Shown piece after piece: positions 9,033-18,325 of a DNA stretch of 59,337 bases. The notes beneath the pieces were generated by a model, which was given only the letters and a program-made list of their open reading frames with translations, ran no database searches and had not been told where the DNA came from. The position numbers and the translations under genes were made by a program. The DNA is from an uncultured archaeon (GTDB lineage: Archaea > Nanobdellota > Nanobdellia > Pacearchaeales > GW2011-AR1): positions 1 through 59,337 of the forward strand of contig CBDUAR010000001.1 in NCBI GenBank assembly GCA_965365175.1, given 5' to 3'. Positions within the stretch are counted from its first letter, which is position 1. Every line of letters starts with the position of its first letter.

Positions 9033-11045
9033 TTATTTATTAGTTTCTTTAACAACGTCTTTCTTGGCAGTCTTTTTATCTTCTTCTTTTTTAATCAAAG
9101 GACCAATAACTTTAACCAATAAACCAGGTAGACCAGTACCAACAGGGATTGGTTGATTCAAGATTATATTCTCAATTACCGACGATAATTTGTCTCCAGT
9201 CCCCTTAACTGAAGCGTTCACAAACTGCTTAACAGGAGTTTCGAAAGTAGCTCTAGCAAGTATAGATGATTTATCTGCAATAATTCCCATTCTTGTAACA
9301 CCCTTAACTATTCCTGTATTTGTCATAGCATCAGCAACCAACTTTAAGTGTCTCATATCAATATTAAGACCCTGTGTTGTTAATGTTTCTGAAATTTCAT
9401 TAATAATTAATTGTCTTGCAACTTCAATACCAAACACTCCAGCCATTTCATAGAAATCATTTGATATCGTCTTATCTCCATTAACTTCTTTCAATGCTAG
9501 AACATCAGAAAGATTTGTTCCTAAGGTCATAATTATGTAATCTTTATTTCTCTTTACAACAAGAATTTGCTCAACGCCTTTAATACCTGAAATAATAGTT
9601 TCTTTTAATTTTTCTTTAAGCTTATAGATTTGTCTAAAGTTATATTCGCCAGCATTAATAATTAAACCATTTGCTCCTTCCTTTGTTTTATATCCTAAAT
9701 CATTTAATCTCTCTACAACAGTCTTAGCAGACATATGCGTTTGTCTCAATCCCTTAGGATCAATCTTGATTTCAATCTTTTTATCACTAAAGTTCAAATT
9801 AATTTCTGAAGCAATTTCTTTTAATGTAACTTCTTTAATCTTTTCTGCTAATACTCTAGCATCTTTTTCATTATTATATTGACTGTTCAAATAAATCTCC
9901 ATCTTAGGTGAAGAAGGATTCTTTCTGGCATCAAAAATTTCTATAAGTCTTGGTAGACCCATGGTAACCTGCATCTCAGCTACACCTGCCATATGGAAAG
10001 TATTCAATACCATCTGTGTTGAACTTTCACCGAACGATTGAGCAGCAACAATACCTATTGCTTCACCAGAATCTAATTCTCCATTTGTATGCAATTTAGT
10101 AACGTCCATACCATCATCTCCATATCGGAATTGAATAACATGATTATTACTATCTCTAATTGTTCCATCATATTCTTTTCTAATATCTTGAAGTGCATTA
10201 GCCAATCTTCTATACAAATAACCTGATTTAGGAGTTCTTAGAGCAGTATCCATAAGTGAATCTCTACCAGTAATAGCCTGGAAGAAAAATTCATCCGGTC
10301 TTAGTCCTTTAATAAACGGACTCTTAATGAATCCTCTTGATTTAGGAGAAAGGTCTCCCTTTTCGAAGAATGATAGTGTTCTTTGAGTATAACCAATGTC
10401 AATTCTTCCACCCATGAACGCCTGTTGACCTACAGCTGATGCCATCTGAGTAATATTAAGGATATTACCTCCACCACCTGACTTAATCATATTACTTACA
10501 GGATTATTTTCAGGGAATTCTTTCTTAACTATTGAACCAATCTTAGTTCTAACTTCATTTAATACTTGTAAGATCTTAATTTCTCTTGATTCTTCCAATG
10601 TTTTACCTGGAATAATTTCAAGAGTACCGTCGTTATAGCTATCAATTAATTCTTTTGTCTTTTCTTCAGCCTTCTTAATAACTTCATCACCCATAGCAAT
10701 AACTTCTGGCTTCAAATCTAAATCTTCAACAGAAATTGTAATACCTCTGTTTGAAATATAATTAACACCAAGCTGGAATGCTTTTCTAATAGCATCAAAT
10801 GTTTCAGTTCTTCCAAACTTCTTATCAATAGCCTTAATTATTTCACCATCTTCTTCACCAAATGAACTCTTATCAATAATTCCTTTTTGGACTTGACCAT
10901 CTTTAATCTTAATAACATCATTTGAGAAATCAATCTTAGGTAATAACTCTGAAAAGATTTCTAAACCAGTAACACTTTTCTTAGTAATAACCTTATCAAT
11001 TCCGGACTTATGTAATAATTGAATTGCATAATCTCCAGAAAATTG
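9033..11045 (-). CDS. rpoA: RNA polymerase largest subunit, continuation after the in-frame TAA (rest of the A' region fused directly to the A'' region)
   Basis: Same frame as 11046..12521. Codons 10716-11045 encode conserved sequence (TGLEIFSELLP...) but contain no ATG/GTG/TTG. Bridge-helix block GRDSLMDTALRTPKSGYLYRRL and trigger-loop block GEAIGIVAAQSFGESSTQM lie in one ORF. Confidence 0.75.
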   Translation of the reverse strand, partial: QFSGDYAIQLLHKSGIDKVITKKSVTGLEIFSELLPKIDFSNDVIKIKDGQVQKGIIDKSSFGEEDGEIIKAIDKKFGRTETFDAIRKAFQLGVNYISNRGITISVEDLDLKPEVIAMGDEVIKKAEEKTKELIDSYNDGTLEIIPGKTLEESREIKILQVLNEVRTKIGSIVKKEFPENNPVSNMIKSGGGGNILNITQMASAVGQQAFMGGRIDIGYTQRTLSFFEKGDLSPKSRGFIKSPFIKGLRPDEFFFQAITGRDSLMDTALRTPKSGYLYRRLANALQDIRKEYDGTIRDSNNHVIQFRYGDDGMDVTKLHTNGELDSGEAIGIVAAQSFGESSTQMVLNTFHMAGVAEMQVTMGLPRLIEIFDARKNPSSPKMEIYLNSQYNNEKDARVLAEKIKEVTLKEIASEINLNFSDKKIEIKIDPKGLRQTHMSAKTVVERLNDLGYKTKEGANGLIINAGEYNFRQIYKLKEKLKETIISGIKGVEQILVVKRNKDYIIMTLGTNLSDVLALKEVNGDKTISNDFYEMAGVFGIEVARQLIINEISETLTTQGLNIDMRHLKLVADAMTNTGIVKGVTRMGIIADKSSILARATFETPVKQFVNASVKGTGDKLSSVIENIILNQPIPVGTGLPGLLVKVIGPLIKKEEDKKTAKKDVVKETNK

Positions 11046-12521
11046 TTATAGTCCTAACAAATAATTTCCAGTTATGGCATCACCAATACAACCGATTAAG
11101 TTTGTGTTGTTCTTTGGAGAGATTAAATTTCTCTTAACATCTAATAGTATCTTAGCTTCTGATCTTGCTTCTTCATTTTGTGGAGAGTGAATATTCATCT
11201 CATCACCGTCGAAGTCTGCATTATATGGAGCAGCTGCAGCAGGATGAACTCTGAATGTTCTACCTGGAATAACTTTTACAAAGTGGGCCATTAAACTTCC
11301 TCTGTGTAGACTTGGATGTCTATTGAATAAAACAATATCCCCATCTTGCAAGTGTCTTTCAACTTTATAACCAACTTCTAATTCAGAAATAATTTCTTCC
11401 TTTAGCTCTTCAGTAATTTTCTTTCTTTTTCCATCAGGTCTAATCACATAATTTGCACCCGGATAAACTTCTGCCTCTTTGATAACTTTCTTCAATTTTT
11501 CAATATTAAGATCATTAACAGTCTCTGAAACTGTAACAGTTTTAGCAATCTCGAATGGAACACCAATTTCATTAATAGCAATATATGGATCTGGAGATAC
11601 AACGGTTCTTGCAGAATAATTAACTCTCTTCCCTGCCAAGTTCTTTCTAATTCTACCTTCTTTACCTTTAATTCTTTCAGTAATAGTTTTCAAAGGTTGT
11701 CCCGATCTATGTCTTGCAGGAGGAACTCTACTAACAGTATTATCAAAGAAAGTTGTAACATGATATTGTAATAGATCCCATAAGTCTTCAATAATAACTT
11801 CCGGAGCACCAGCATTCAAATTCTCCCAAAGTCTTTGATTAGCTCTAATAATATCAGATAACTTATGAGTTAAATCATCTTCTGATCTTTCACCAGATTC
11901 TAAAATAATACTCGGTCTTACAGTTACAGGAGGAACTAAAAGAGAAGTCAAAATTGCCCATTCTGGTCTACAAGTTTGAGCATCAACTCCAATTTTTCTT
12001 AATTCTTCATCAGGAATGTTTGTCAAAATTTCTCTAATTTCCGTAGGGAAAAGTCTCTTTCTTCCGATAAAGAAGCTAGTTGGTTTGTCTAACTTAACCT
12101 TTTCATGAACTGCATTACAATAAGGACATTTTTTCTGATCCTTAGCTTTTTTAGCTCTTTCACTTTTTGAATATTTTTCTAATTTCTTTTCATCTAATAG
12201 TAATTTACCACAATCGTGACAGAATGATCTTAGTCCGATTTCAATTAATGGGATATATTTCAAATGAATAACTGCTCTTGCCAAGTCAATACTACCTGGG
12301 TGACCTAAACATTCTTTTATTCTTCCACCACAAGTTCTACATCTTACACCAGGATCAACAGCACCTAATCTTAAATCCATCAAACCACCATCTACAGGAT
12401 AACCATCGATATCATAAAGTTCCGGAGTTACAATTTTAGCTGATGAAACTTTCTTAATCTGTTCAGGACTAAGTAAACTGAATCTAATTTCTCCGATTTT
12501 TTTCTTAACTAATTTTTTCAT
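11046..12521 (-). CDS. rpoA: RNA polymerase largest subunit, N-terminal 491 codons ending at TAA 11046-11048
   Basis: Zn motifs CRTCGG...C and the catalytic YNADFDGDEMNIH; start at MKKLVKKKIGEIRF (ATG 12521), which overlaps the upstream ORF stop (ATGA). Confidence 0.9.
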   Translation of the reverse strand: MKKLVKKKIGEIRFSLLSPEQIKKVSSAKIVTPELYDIDGYPVDGGLMDLRLGAVDPGVRCRTCGGRIKECLGHPGSIDLARAVIHLKYIPLIEIGLRSFCHDCGKLLLDEKKLEKYSKSERAKKAKDQKKCPYCNAVHEKVKLDKPTSFFIGRKRLFPTEIREILTNIPDEELRKIGVDAQTCRPEWAILTSLLVPPVTVRPSIILESGERSEDDLTHKLSDIIRANQRLWENLNAGAPEVIIEDLWDLLQYHVTTFFDNTVSRVPPARHRSGQPLKTITERIKGKEGRIRKNLAGKRVNYSARTVVSPDPYIAINEIGVPFEIAKTVTVSETVNDLNIEKLKKVIKEAEVYPGANYVIRPDGKRKKITEELKEEIISELEVGYKVERHLQDGDIVLFNRHPSLHRGSLMAHFVKVIPGRTFRVHPAAAAPYNADFDGDEMNIHSPQNEEARSEAKILLDVKRNLISPKNNTNLIGCIGDAITGNYLLGL

Positions 12522-12745
12522 TTTTCTTGTTCTAAATGTATTAATTGCATAATACAATATTTTCCTCCATCTATACATTCTTCTTGGAATCTATCTGGAT
12601 TTCTAGATCCAGGACAATGATTTGCATATTCACAGATATTTTGATATCCCGCGCTTAATTCTGTTTTTTTAACCGATTCTCTAGCACCACTACAACCAAC
12701 AAGGCCACCTTCCTGTAGATCTCTCATAAAACATCCGCCAACCAT
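12518..12745 (-). CDS. hypothetical 75-aa Cys-rich protein encoded between rpoB and rpoA
   Basis: ORF fills the spacer exactly: TAAAATG junction with the rpoB stop, ATGA overlap with the rpoA start; six Cys, none in a CxxC pair; locally GC-richer. Confidence 0.6.
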   Translation of the reverse strand: MVGGCFMRDLQEGGLVGCSGARESVKKTELSAGYQNICEYANHCPGSRNPDRFQEECIDGGKYCIMQLIHLEQEK

Positions 12746-12746
12746 T

Positions 12747-15700
12747 TTATTCGTATTTGTTCTTTAAATTTAAATTTGAGTGAATATGTAATCCTTGTAA
12801 TTCTTCCATTAATAGTTTGAATGCATATGAAACTTCAATATGTTCTACACTTTCACTTCCACACATAGGACATGATATCTTATCCTTAATGAAATCATCA
12901 ATTCCAACTGATCCACATTGCGAACAAACTGGAAGTATAATTTTATCTGAATCATATCTTTCCTTTAATAATAGACTAGCACCGTGTGCAACTAATGCTT
13001 GCTGCTCCATCTCTCCTAATCTTAAAGCACCACCACGAGCTCTACCTTCAACTGGCTGCCTTGTCAATAAAGCAACCTTACCAGAAGCTCTACCGTGAAT
13101 CTTATTAGCTACCATATACTTTAATTTCAAGTAATATAAGTTACCAACAAAAATCTTAGATTCCATCTTCTTTCCAGTAATACCATTATACATTGTTTCC
13201 TTACCATCATATCTAAATCCAAGTTGTTTTAATTGATCTTCAAGATCTTTCTTACTTTCACCAGAGAATGAAGTACCATCGATAATTTCACCTTTCAAAC
13301 ATCCCACTTTACCTGCAAGTAATTCTAACAAATAACCTACTGTCATACGACTTGGTAGACCGTGAGGATTGAAAATTACATCTGGTTTAATACCATTTGA
13401 AGTAAAAGGAACATCAGCTTCGGGAATAATAGCACCAACAACACCTTTCTGACCATGTGCTGTAGCGAACTTATCTCCTAATTCAGGGATTCTATGATTT
13501 CTAGTTTTAATCTGAACAATCTTATTTCCTTCTTCGTCTTCTGTAACAAATACTGAGTCAACAGTTCCGTGCTCTTCTTGTCTCATTGTAACTGAAGATT
13601 CTTTCTTAGTTCTAACCGAAATTTCTCTAGCTTCTGACAAGAATTTAGGAGGTGACATCTTACCAATCAATACTTCACCTTCATTAACATTAGCTTCAGG
13701 ATATACAACACCATCGCTTTCTAAGAATCTATAACTTGATTCTAATTTATATCCAGAACTATCTTTTTCAGGAACAGCAATCTCATCCTTTAACCCACCA
13801 GCGTAATTCATCTCAACTGCAGAATAAGGTCTGAAATAGAAACTTCGTCCAACACCTCTCTGAACACTTCCTTTATTGAAAACCAAAGCGTCTTCCATAT
13901 TATAACCTTCATGAGTCATAATAGCAACGATTAAATTTTGTCCAGCAGGATAAGTATTCAAAGTATCATAAACAAAACTTCTTACAATTGGTTTTTGAGG
14001 ATATTCCAAAACACTAACATCTGTATCTAATCTACATAAATAGTTAGCAGCATATAATCCTAATGCTTGCTTCTGTGTCTTTGAACCTCTATTTAATCTT
14101 GAACTCTGATCGTGATTACCATACGGAACTAAAGAAGTAACAACACCAAATAAATCCATAGAGTCAATTTCTAAGTGAGTATGTTGTGGAGTTAATTCTT
14201 CCTCATATAATGCAACCAAAGCATCTTCTTCTTCTGCAGCATCTAAATACTCAATAATTCCTTGTTCAATTAACTTATCCCAATTTAATTGTCCTTGTTC
14301 AATTTGGATTAAATGTTCATTCTTTAATTTAGAAACGCCTTGTTCAACAACAATAGCAGGTCTTAAAGCTCTTCCAGGTTCAGTCGAAATTGAAATATTT
14401 TGTAAATCTTTATCTTCTCTTATATTAAGTTGAATAGGTAATTGATTTGATCTTCTCTTCTCTCTTATATGATTTACGAATTCGTCAGGATTTTTTACAA
14501 CTCCAATGAATCTTCCGTTAAAGAAAACATCAACACCTTCTACACCTTCTTTTTCCAATCCATCTACTTCAAGTTCTTTTAAGAATTTGTTTTCATCTAA
14601 ATCAACTCTTGTAGAAATCTTACTTAATACAGCAAGATTTTTTCTTAAACCAATTTCAGTTCCTTCAGGAGTTTCAATTGGACAGAATCTTCCGTAGTGA
14701 GTAGGATGTAATGTTCTTGCTAAAAAGTTTTCTTGATCTGAAGGCAACATACTTGAAACTCTCTGCAATTGTGAAATTGTAGCCAAATAGTTTGTCTTAT
14801 CCATATTTTGTGTAACACCAGTTCTTTCACCAGTCCATGAACCAGTAGCAATAGCAGATTCAACTCTATGCGAGAACAAAGTAGACTTAGCAATTGTCTT
14901 AATTGAATAAAATTTCTTTCTCTTAGAAGATTTTTGTAATGAGTATTGAATATCTCTAAATAAAATACCTAAGTTGATTCTAAATAGACTAGATAATAAA
15001 TCTCCTGAAAGTCTAACTCTCTTGTTAGCATAATGATCTTTATCAGTTTTTATCTTAGGATTTTCCTTAGCAATTAAATATTGTTTCATCAATTTACATA
15101 ATGTAATTGCTTTCTTCGTTCTATCTTCTCTCTTTCCACCAATATGGGGGAAAAGGTAAGAATCAATTCTTTGTTTAACTCTATCTAAAATTTCTTTTTT
15201 AGTACCTTGAAGATTTGTAGTTTCAGCGATATACATCATTGCATCTTCAGGAGTAGCAATATTAACGAAGTCATAAAGATTAACAATAACGCTATCAGTT
15301 TCACTTCCAATATATTTTGCAATATCTGATTCCTTACTAAGTCCCAAGGCCTTCAATATAACAATTGCTGGAATTTCTCTAAATCTAGAGAAAGATAATT
15401 CAAAAATACCTTCTTTGTTTTCTTTTAATACAGTAGGAATTCTATAAGTTCCTCTTAATGAAAATACTCTTAAAATTAATTCACCCTTCTTGTTCTTTTC
15501 AATGAATGGTTGATTTTCAGCCAAATCTTCAGCCATAACCATAACTCTTTCATTACCATTAATAATAAAGTAACCACCAGTATCTAATGGATCAATATAG
15601 TTTTCAACTAATTCTTCTTTAGACATAGAATTTGTATTACAAATATTACTCTTAACCATAACCGGAATCTTTCCAATATCTACAATTTCAGAATCAACTT

Positions 15701-16004
15701 GATCATCCTTCTTTACAGTTAGTTCCAATTTTATTGGAGCAGAATAAGTTAAATTTCTTAATCTAGCTTCAGCAGGAGTTAATAATGATGAACTACCATC
15801 AGCTTCAATAACCTGAGGTTTTCCAACTTCTATTTTTCCTAAGTTAATTTCAAAATCATCGTTCTGAATATTTTCAGAAATTTCACTAACGATTTCTTGA
15901 AGTCTTTGTTCAATAAAGTTGTTAAAAGAAGTAATATTCGATTCAACTAGCGAGTGATTCTTTAAATAATTCTTAACTACCAAATGTTTATTGTCTTTAA
16001 CCAT
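12747..16004 (-). CDS. rpoB: RNA polymerase subunit B (unsplit, 1085 aa)
   Basis: Conserved blocks GRFCPIETPEG, ATAHGQKGV, LGEMEQQAL and a C-terminal Zn ribbon CSQCG...CPMCG. Confidence 0.97.
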   Translation of the reverse strand: MVKDNKHLVVKNYLKNHSLVESNITSFNNFIEQRLQEIVSEISENIQNDDFEINLGKIEVGKPQVIEADGSSSLLTPAEARLRNLTYSAPIKLELTVKKDDQVDSEIVDIGKIPVMVKSNICNTNSMSKEELVENYIDPLDTGGYFIINGNERVMVMAEDLAENQPFIEKNKKGELILRVFSLRGTYRIPTVLKENKEGIFELSFSRFREIPAIVILKALGLSKESDIAKYIGSETDSVIVNLYDFVNIATPEDAMMYIAETTNLQGTKKEILDRVKQRIDSYLFPHIGGKREDRTKKAITLCKLMKQYLIAKENPKIKTDKDHYANKRVRLSGDLLSSLFRINLGILFRDIQYSLQKSSKRKKFYSIKTIAKSTLFSHRVESAIATGSWTGERTGVTQNMDKTNYLATISQLQRVSSMLPSDQENFLARTLHPTHYGRFCPIETPEGTEIGLRKNLAVLSKISTRVDLDENKFLKELEVDGLEKEGVEGVDVFFNGRFIGVVKNPDEFVNHIREKRRSNQLPIQLNIREDKDLQNISISTEPGRALRPAIVVEQGVSKLKNEHLIQIEQGQLNWDKLIEQGIIEYLDAAEEEDALVALYEEELTPQHTHLEIDSMDLFGVVTSLVPYGNHDQSSRLNRGSKTQKQALGLYAANYLCRLDTDVSVLEYPQKPIVRSFVYDTLNTYPAGQNLIVAIMTHEGYNMEDALVFNKGSVQRGVGRSFYFRPYSAVEMNYAGGLKDEIAVPEKDSSGYKLESSYRFLESDGVVYPEANVNEGEVLIGKMSPPKFLSEAREISVRTKKESSVTMRQEEHGTVDSVFVTEDEEGNKIVQIKTRNHRIPELGDKFATAHGQKGVVGAIIPEADVPFTSNGIKPDVIFNPHGLPSRMTVGYLLELLAGKVGCLKGEIIDGTSFSGESKKDLEDQLKQLGFRYDGKETMYNGITGKKMESKIFVGNLYYLKLKYMVANKIHGRASGKVALLTRQPVEGRARGGALRLGEMEQQALVAHGASLLLKERYDSDKIILPVCSQCGSVGIDDFIKDKISCPMCGSESVEHIEVSYAFKLLMEELQGLHIHSNLNLKNKYE

Positions 16005-16006
16005 CT

Positions 16007-16213
16007 TTATACAACCACACGATAATATAAGTTAACTTTATCGTCTTCCTTTCTCTCTATTTTAATTACATCACCAACGTTACATCCTTCGGGAAGTGCA
16101 ACATCTGTAGAATTTATTCTCGGTAATTGTGATCTAGAAATATTTAATTTAGCTAACAGCTCTTCAGTCTCTTTCTCGCTCATCTTAGAATGTTTGGGTT
16201 GTAGAATGTGCAT
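16007..16213 (-). CDS. rpoH: RNA polymerase subunit H (Rpb5 C-terminal domain homologue)
   Basis: PKHSKMSEKETEELLAKLNI..QLPRI...GDVIKIER...YYRVVV; directly upstream of rpoB. Confidence 0.85.
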   Translation of the reverse strand: MHILQPKHSKMSEKETEELLAKLNISRSQLPRINSTDVALPEGCNVGDVIKIERKEDDKVNLYYRVVV

Positions 16214-16347
16214 TTTGGATAGTACTAATTGTTAAAATAAATTAACAACTATTGAATAATAAAAAGTGCTAAAATTGGTTTAAAAACCTTTTGCTTTTTC
16301 GCATTTTAGTGCAATAATCATTAAAAACGCAGAAATTCTATAATTTC

Positions 16348-16596
16348 ATGCCAGAGATAAAAACTTATGGAGAATTGTTAGAAATGTTAAGAGATCCTAT
16401 GAGTGAATTAGGAAATTTACGTCAGTCTCCAGAAAAAAATGAGCTTGAAAGAGAGCTTGCAGGAGTACGTAGAGGACTTGAAGATTTATCTCCGCAAGGG
16501 CAAAGGATTCCACATGACACTCTTCTAACTCCGCAACTTATTGATGCAGGTTATAAGGCGAGAGAAATTTATGATAAACATTTTAGCAAGAAATAA
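16348..16596 (+). CDS. hypothetical protein
   Basis: 82-aa ORF, no motif recognised. Confidence 0.35.
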   Translation: MPEIKTYGELLEMLRDPMSELGNLRQSPEKNELERELAGVRRGLEDLSPQGQRIPHDTLLTPQLIDAGYKAREIYDKHFSKK

Positions 16597-16603
16597 TTCT
16601 AAA

Positions 16604-16678
16604 TGGCCCCGAGGGGATTTGAACCCCCGACACCTAGCTTAAAAGGCTAGTGCTCTAACCAGGCTGAGCTACGGAGCC
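16604..16678 (-). tRNA. tRNA-Lys (anticodon UUU)
   Basis: Manual cloverleaf: acceptor GGCUCCG/CGGGGCC, D arm GCUC..GAGC, anticodon stem CUAGC/GCUAG with loop CUUUUAA, T arm GGGGG-UUCAAAU-CCCCU. Confidence 0.85.
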
Positions 16679-16718
16679 GTAAAAATTATTAGAGAAATCA
16701 GTTTAAAAAGGCTTTTAT

Positions 16719-17006
16719 TTATTGAGCAGACAACTTCTTAACAAGATCTTTTGAAACATTATATTCTCTATCCCTAATGTGAACTACTGTTGTCTCTCCC
16801 TCACATTGTGTTCTCAAATCAAACATTAGTTTACTTCGTCTACAGCCATTAATTTGAATAACTTGTCCAACATTTTCAGATCCACAATAAAGTAAATCTG
16901 GAAGACCAGAATTTTTAATCCAGTAGTTTGCAAGTCCCACAGCACTATATTTTCCAGGAATACTTATTATTCTTGTAGGATCTAGTGGACCCTGCTGCTT
17001 ATCCAT
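16719..17006 (-). CDS. hypothetical protein
   Basis: 95-aa ORF, 1 nt downstream of the thioredoxin stop (likely co-transcribed). Confidence 0.4.
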   Translation of the reverse strand: MDKQQGPLDPTRIISIPGKYSAVGLANYWIKNSGLPDLLYCGSENVGQVIQINGCRRSKLMFDLRTQCEGETTVVHIRDREYNVSKDLVKKLSAQ

Positions 17007-17007
17007 T

Positions 17008-17340
17008 TTACAATAACTTGTTCAACTTTTCTTCAATGTCTTCTTCAGTCATTGAACCAATAAATTGTTCCACCATCTTACCATCCTTGAAAACGGTAAA
17101 GTTAGGAATAGAACTAACATTAAATTTTTGAGCAAGTGCTTGGCCTCCTTCGCCAACATTTACTTTACCAAACTTCACCTTCCCTTTCAATTTTTCACTA
17201 AGATCATCAATAATAGGAGACATCATCATACATGGCATACACCATTCAGCAAAAAAGTCAATAAGCACAACACCCTCTTTAGTGAAATCATCGAATTCTG
17301 CTGCACTGCTCAATTCAGGAACTTTATCATTATCTGTCAT
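17008..17340 (-). CDS. trx: thioredoxin
   Basis: Active site FFAEWCMPC (WCxxC), thioredoxin fold length; start set at MTDNDKV (17340). Confidence 0.85.
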   Translation of the reverse strand: MTDNDKVPELSSAAEFDDFTKEGVVLIDFFAEWCMPCMMMSPIIDDLSEKLKGKVKFGKVNVGEGGQALAQKFNVSSIPNFTVFKDGKMVEQFIGSMTEEDIEEKLNKLL

Positions 17341-17362
17341 GATTTTAATTACTAATGCCAAT

Positions 17363-17662
17363 TTATAAGTTTTTGGTTTGGACACCTCTACCCCTTCCAT
17401 TCCCCTTTCCAATATAAATATATTCTCTCATAGATTTTGAAAATCTTAATGTAACTTGATCTCCCTCTTCTATTACATAAGTTTCGTTTCCCTCTTTTAA
17501 TGAAAGACTAGTAGGATAAAAGACAAGTGTTCCAGCAATTTTTGGTATATTGATTTTTCTAAGATCTCTCTTTTTCTTTAACCATATTGAATCTCCCAAC
17601 ATTCCAATCAATTTTGAATAGCCAATTGTTGCTTTTTCTTTAACTCTTCCAGCCATTTTCAT
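17363..17662 (-). CDS. hypothetical protein
   Basis: 99-aa ORF upstream of trx; no motif recognised. Confidence 0.35.
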   Translation of the reverse strand: MKMAGRVKEKATIGYSKLIGMLGDSIWLKKKRDLRKINIPKIAGTLVFYPTSLSLKEGNETYVIEEGDQVTLRFSKSMREYIYIGKGNGRGRGVQTKNL

Positions 17663-17693
17663 TTATCCTCGTACTTAGATTAAAAAATACTTT

Positions 17694-17993
17694 TTAAGAA
17701 TTATTATACTCTAACCAACCTTTTATTCCCTTATCAACTCTTTCAATATTATATCCTTTTTTTCTCAGTTCTTTTGCTACTATTCCACTTCTACTTCCAT
17801 ATAAACACACAACAACAATCTTTTTTCTTTTAGGAAGCTTCTTCAAAGAACTCATTAGGAAAACTTTTCCCATAGGAATATTTTTAGCACCTTTTACTTT
17901 TTCCTTACTCTTCTTATATTCATCAGCCTCTCTAACATCAATAATCAAGGCACCCTTTTTCTTCAACACCTCTGCAAGTTGCTTTGGTTTCAT
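17694..17993 (-). CDS. single-domain rhodanese-like sulfurtransferase
   Basis: IIDVREADEY ... VVVCLYGSRSGIVA active-site Cys loop. Confidence 0.75.
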   Translation of the reverse strand: MKPKQLAEVLKKKGALIIDVREADEYKKSKEKVKGAKNIPMGKVFLMSSLKKLPKRKKIVVVCLYGSRSGIVAKELRKKGYNIERVDKGIKGWLEYNNS

Positions 17994-18024
17994 TAATCTA
18001 ATAAGAAAATATTATTTTAATAGT

Positions 18025-18258
18025 TTATCTTTTTGGGGTATCTAACAAATCTCTTCCTCTTTCAAACAATAGAGGAACCTTGCTTCTCAAAACAACCTGA
18101 TAATTAGGTTCTAAATCTAATGCCTGTCTAGCATATCCTCTGGCTTCTCTAAAATCTCCTAAGATAGCAAATGCTGCAGCCGCTTGTACATAAATTAAAG
18201 GATTAGTGGGATCTTTTCTAATTCTCGCATCCACGATTTCTTTTAATTCATCGCACAT
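18025..18258 (-). CDS. small TPR-like repeat protein
   Basis: AAAAFAILGDFREARGYARQALDLEPNY is a TPR-type helix pair. Confidence 0.45.
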   Translation of the reverse strand: MCDELKEIVDARIRKDPTNPLIYVQAAAAFAILGDFREARGYARQALDLEPNYQVVLRSKVPLLFERGRDLLDTPKR

Positions 18259-18325
18259 TTTAGGTTATTTCTCAAAACTGCTAGCACTTTATAAGAATTA
18301 TTGTGATGTTCTTGCAGGACGTTTA

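Noticed and set aside
11046-11048. Genome-wide reassignment of TAA (or TGA at 6183-6185) to a sense codon
   Set aside because: TAA and TGA terminate many conserved genes at their expected ends in this window (for example tuf, rpoB, nrdG, arsR, arsM). In EF-2 the TGA is followed in frame by further stops.
16604-16678. tRNA genes (Lys, Trp, His) as attachment sites of integrated elements
   Set aside because: I saw no integrase nearby and no duplicated tRNA 3' segment in the flanks. The neighbouring genes are ordinary housekeeping or ORFan genes in operon-like packing.
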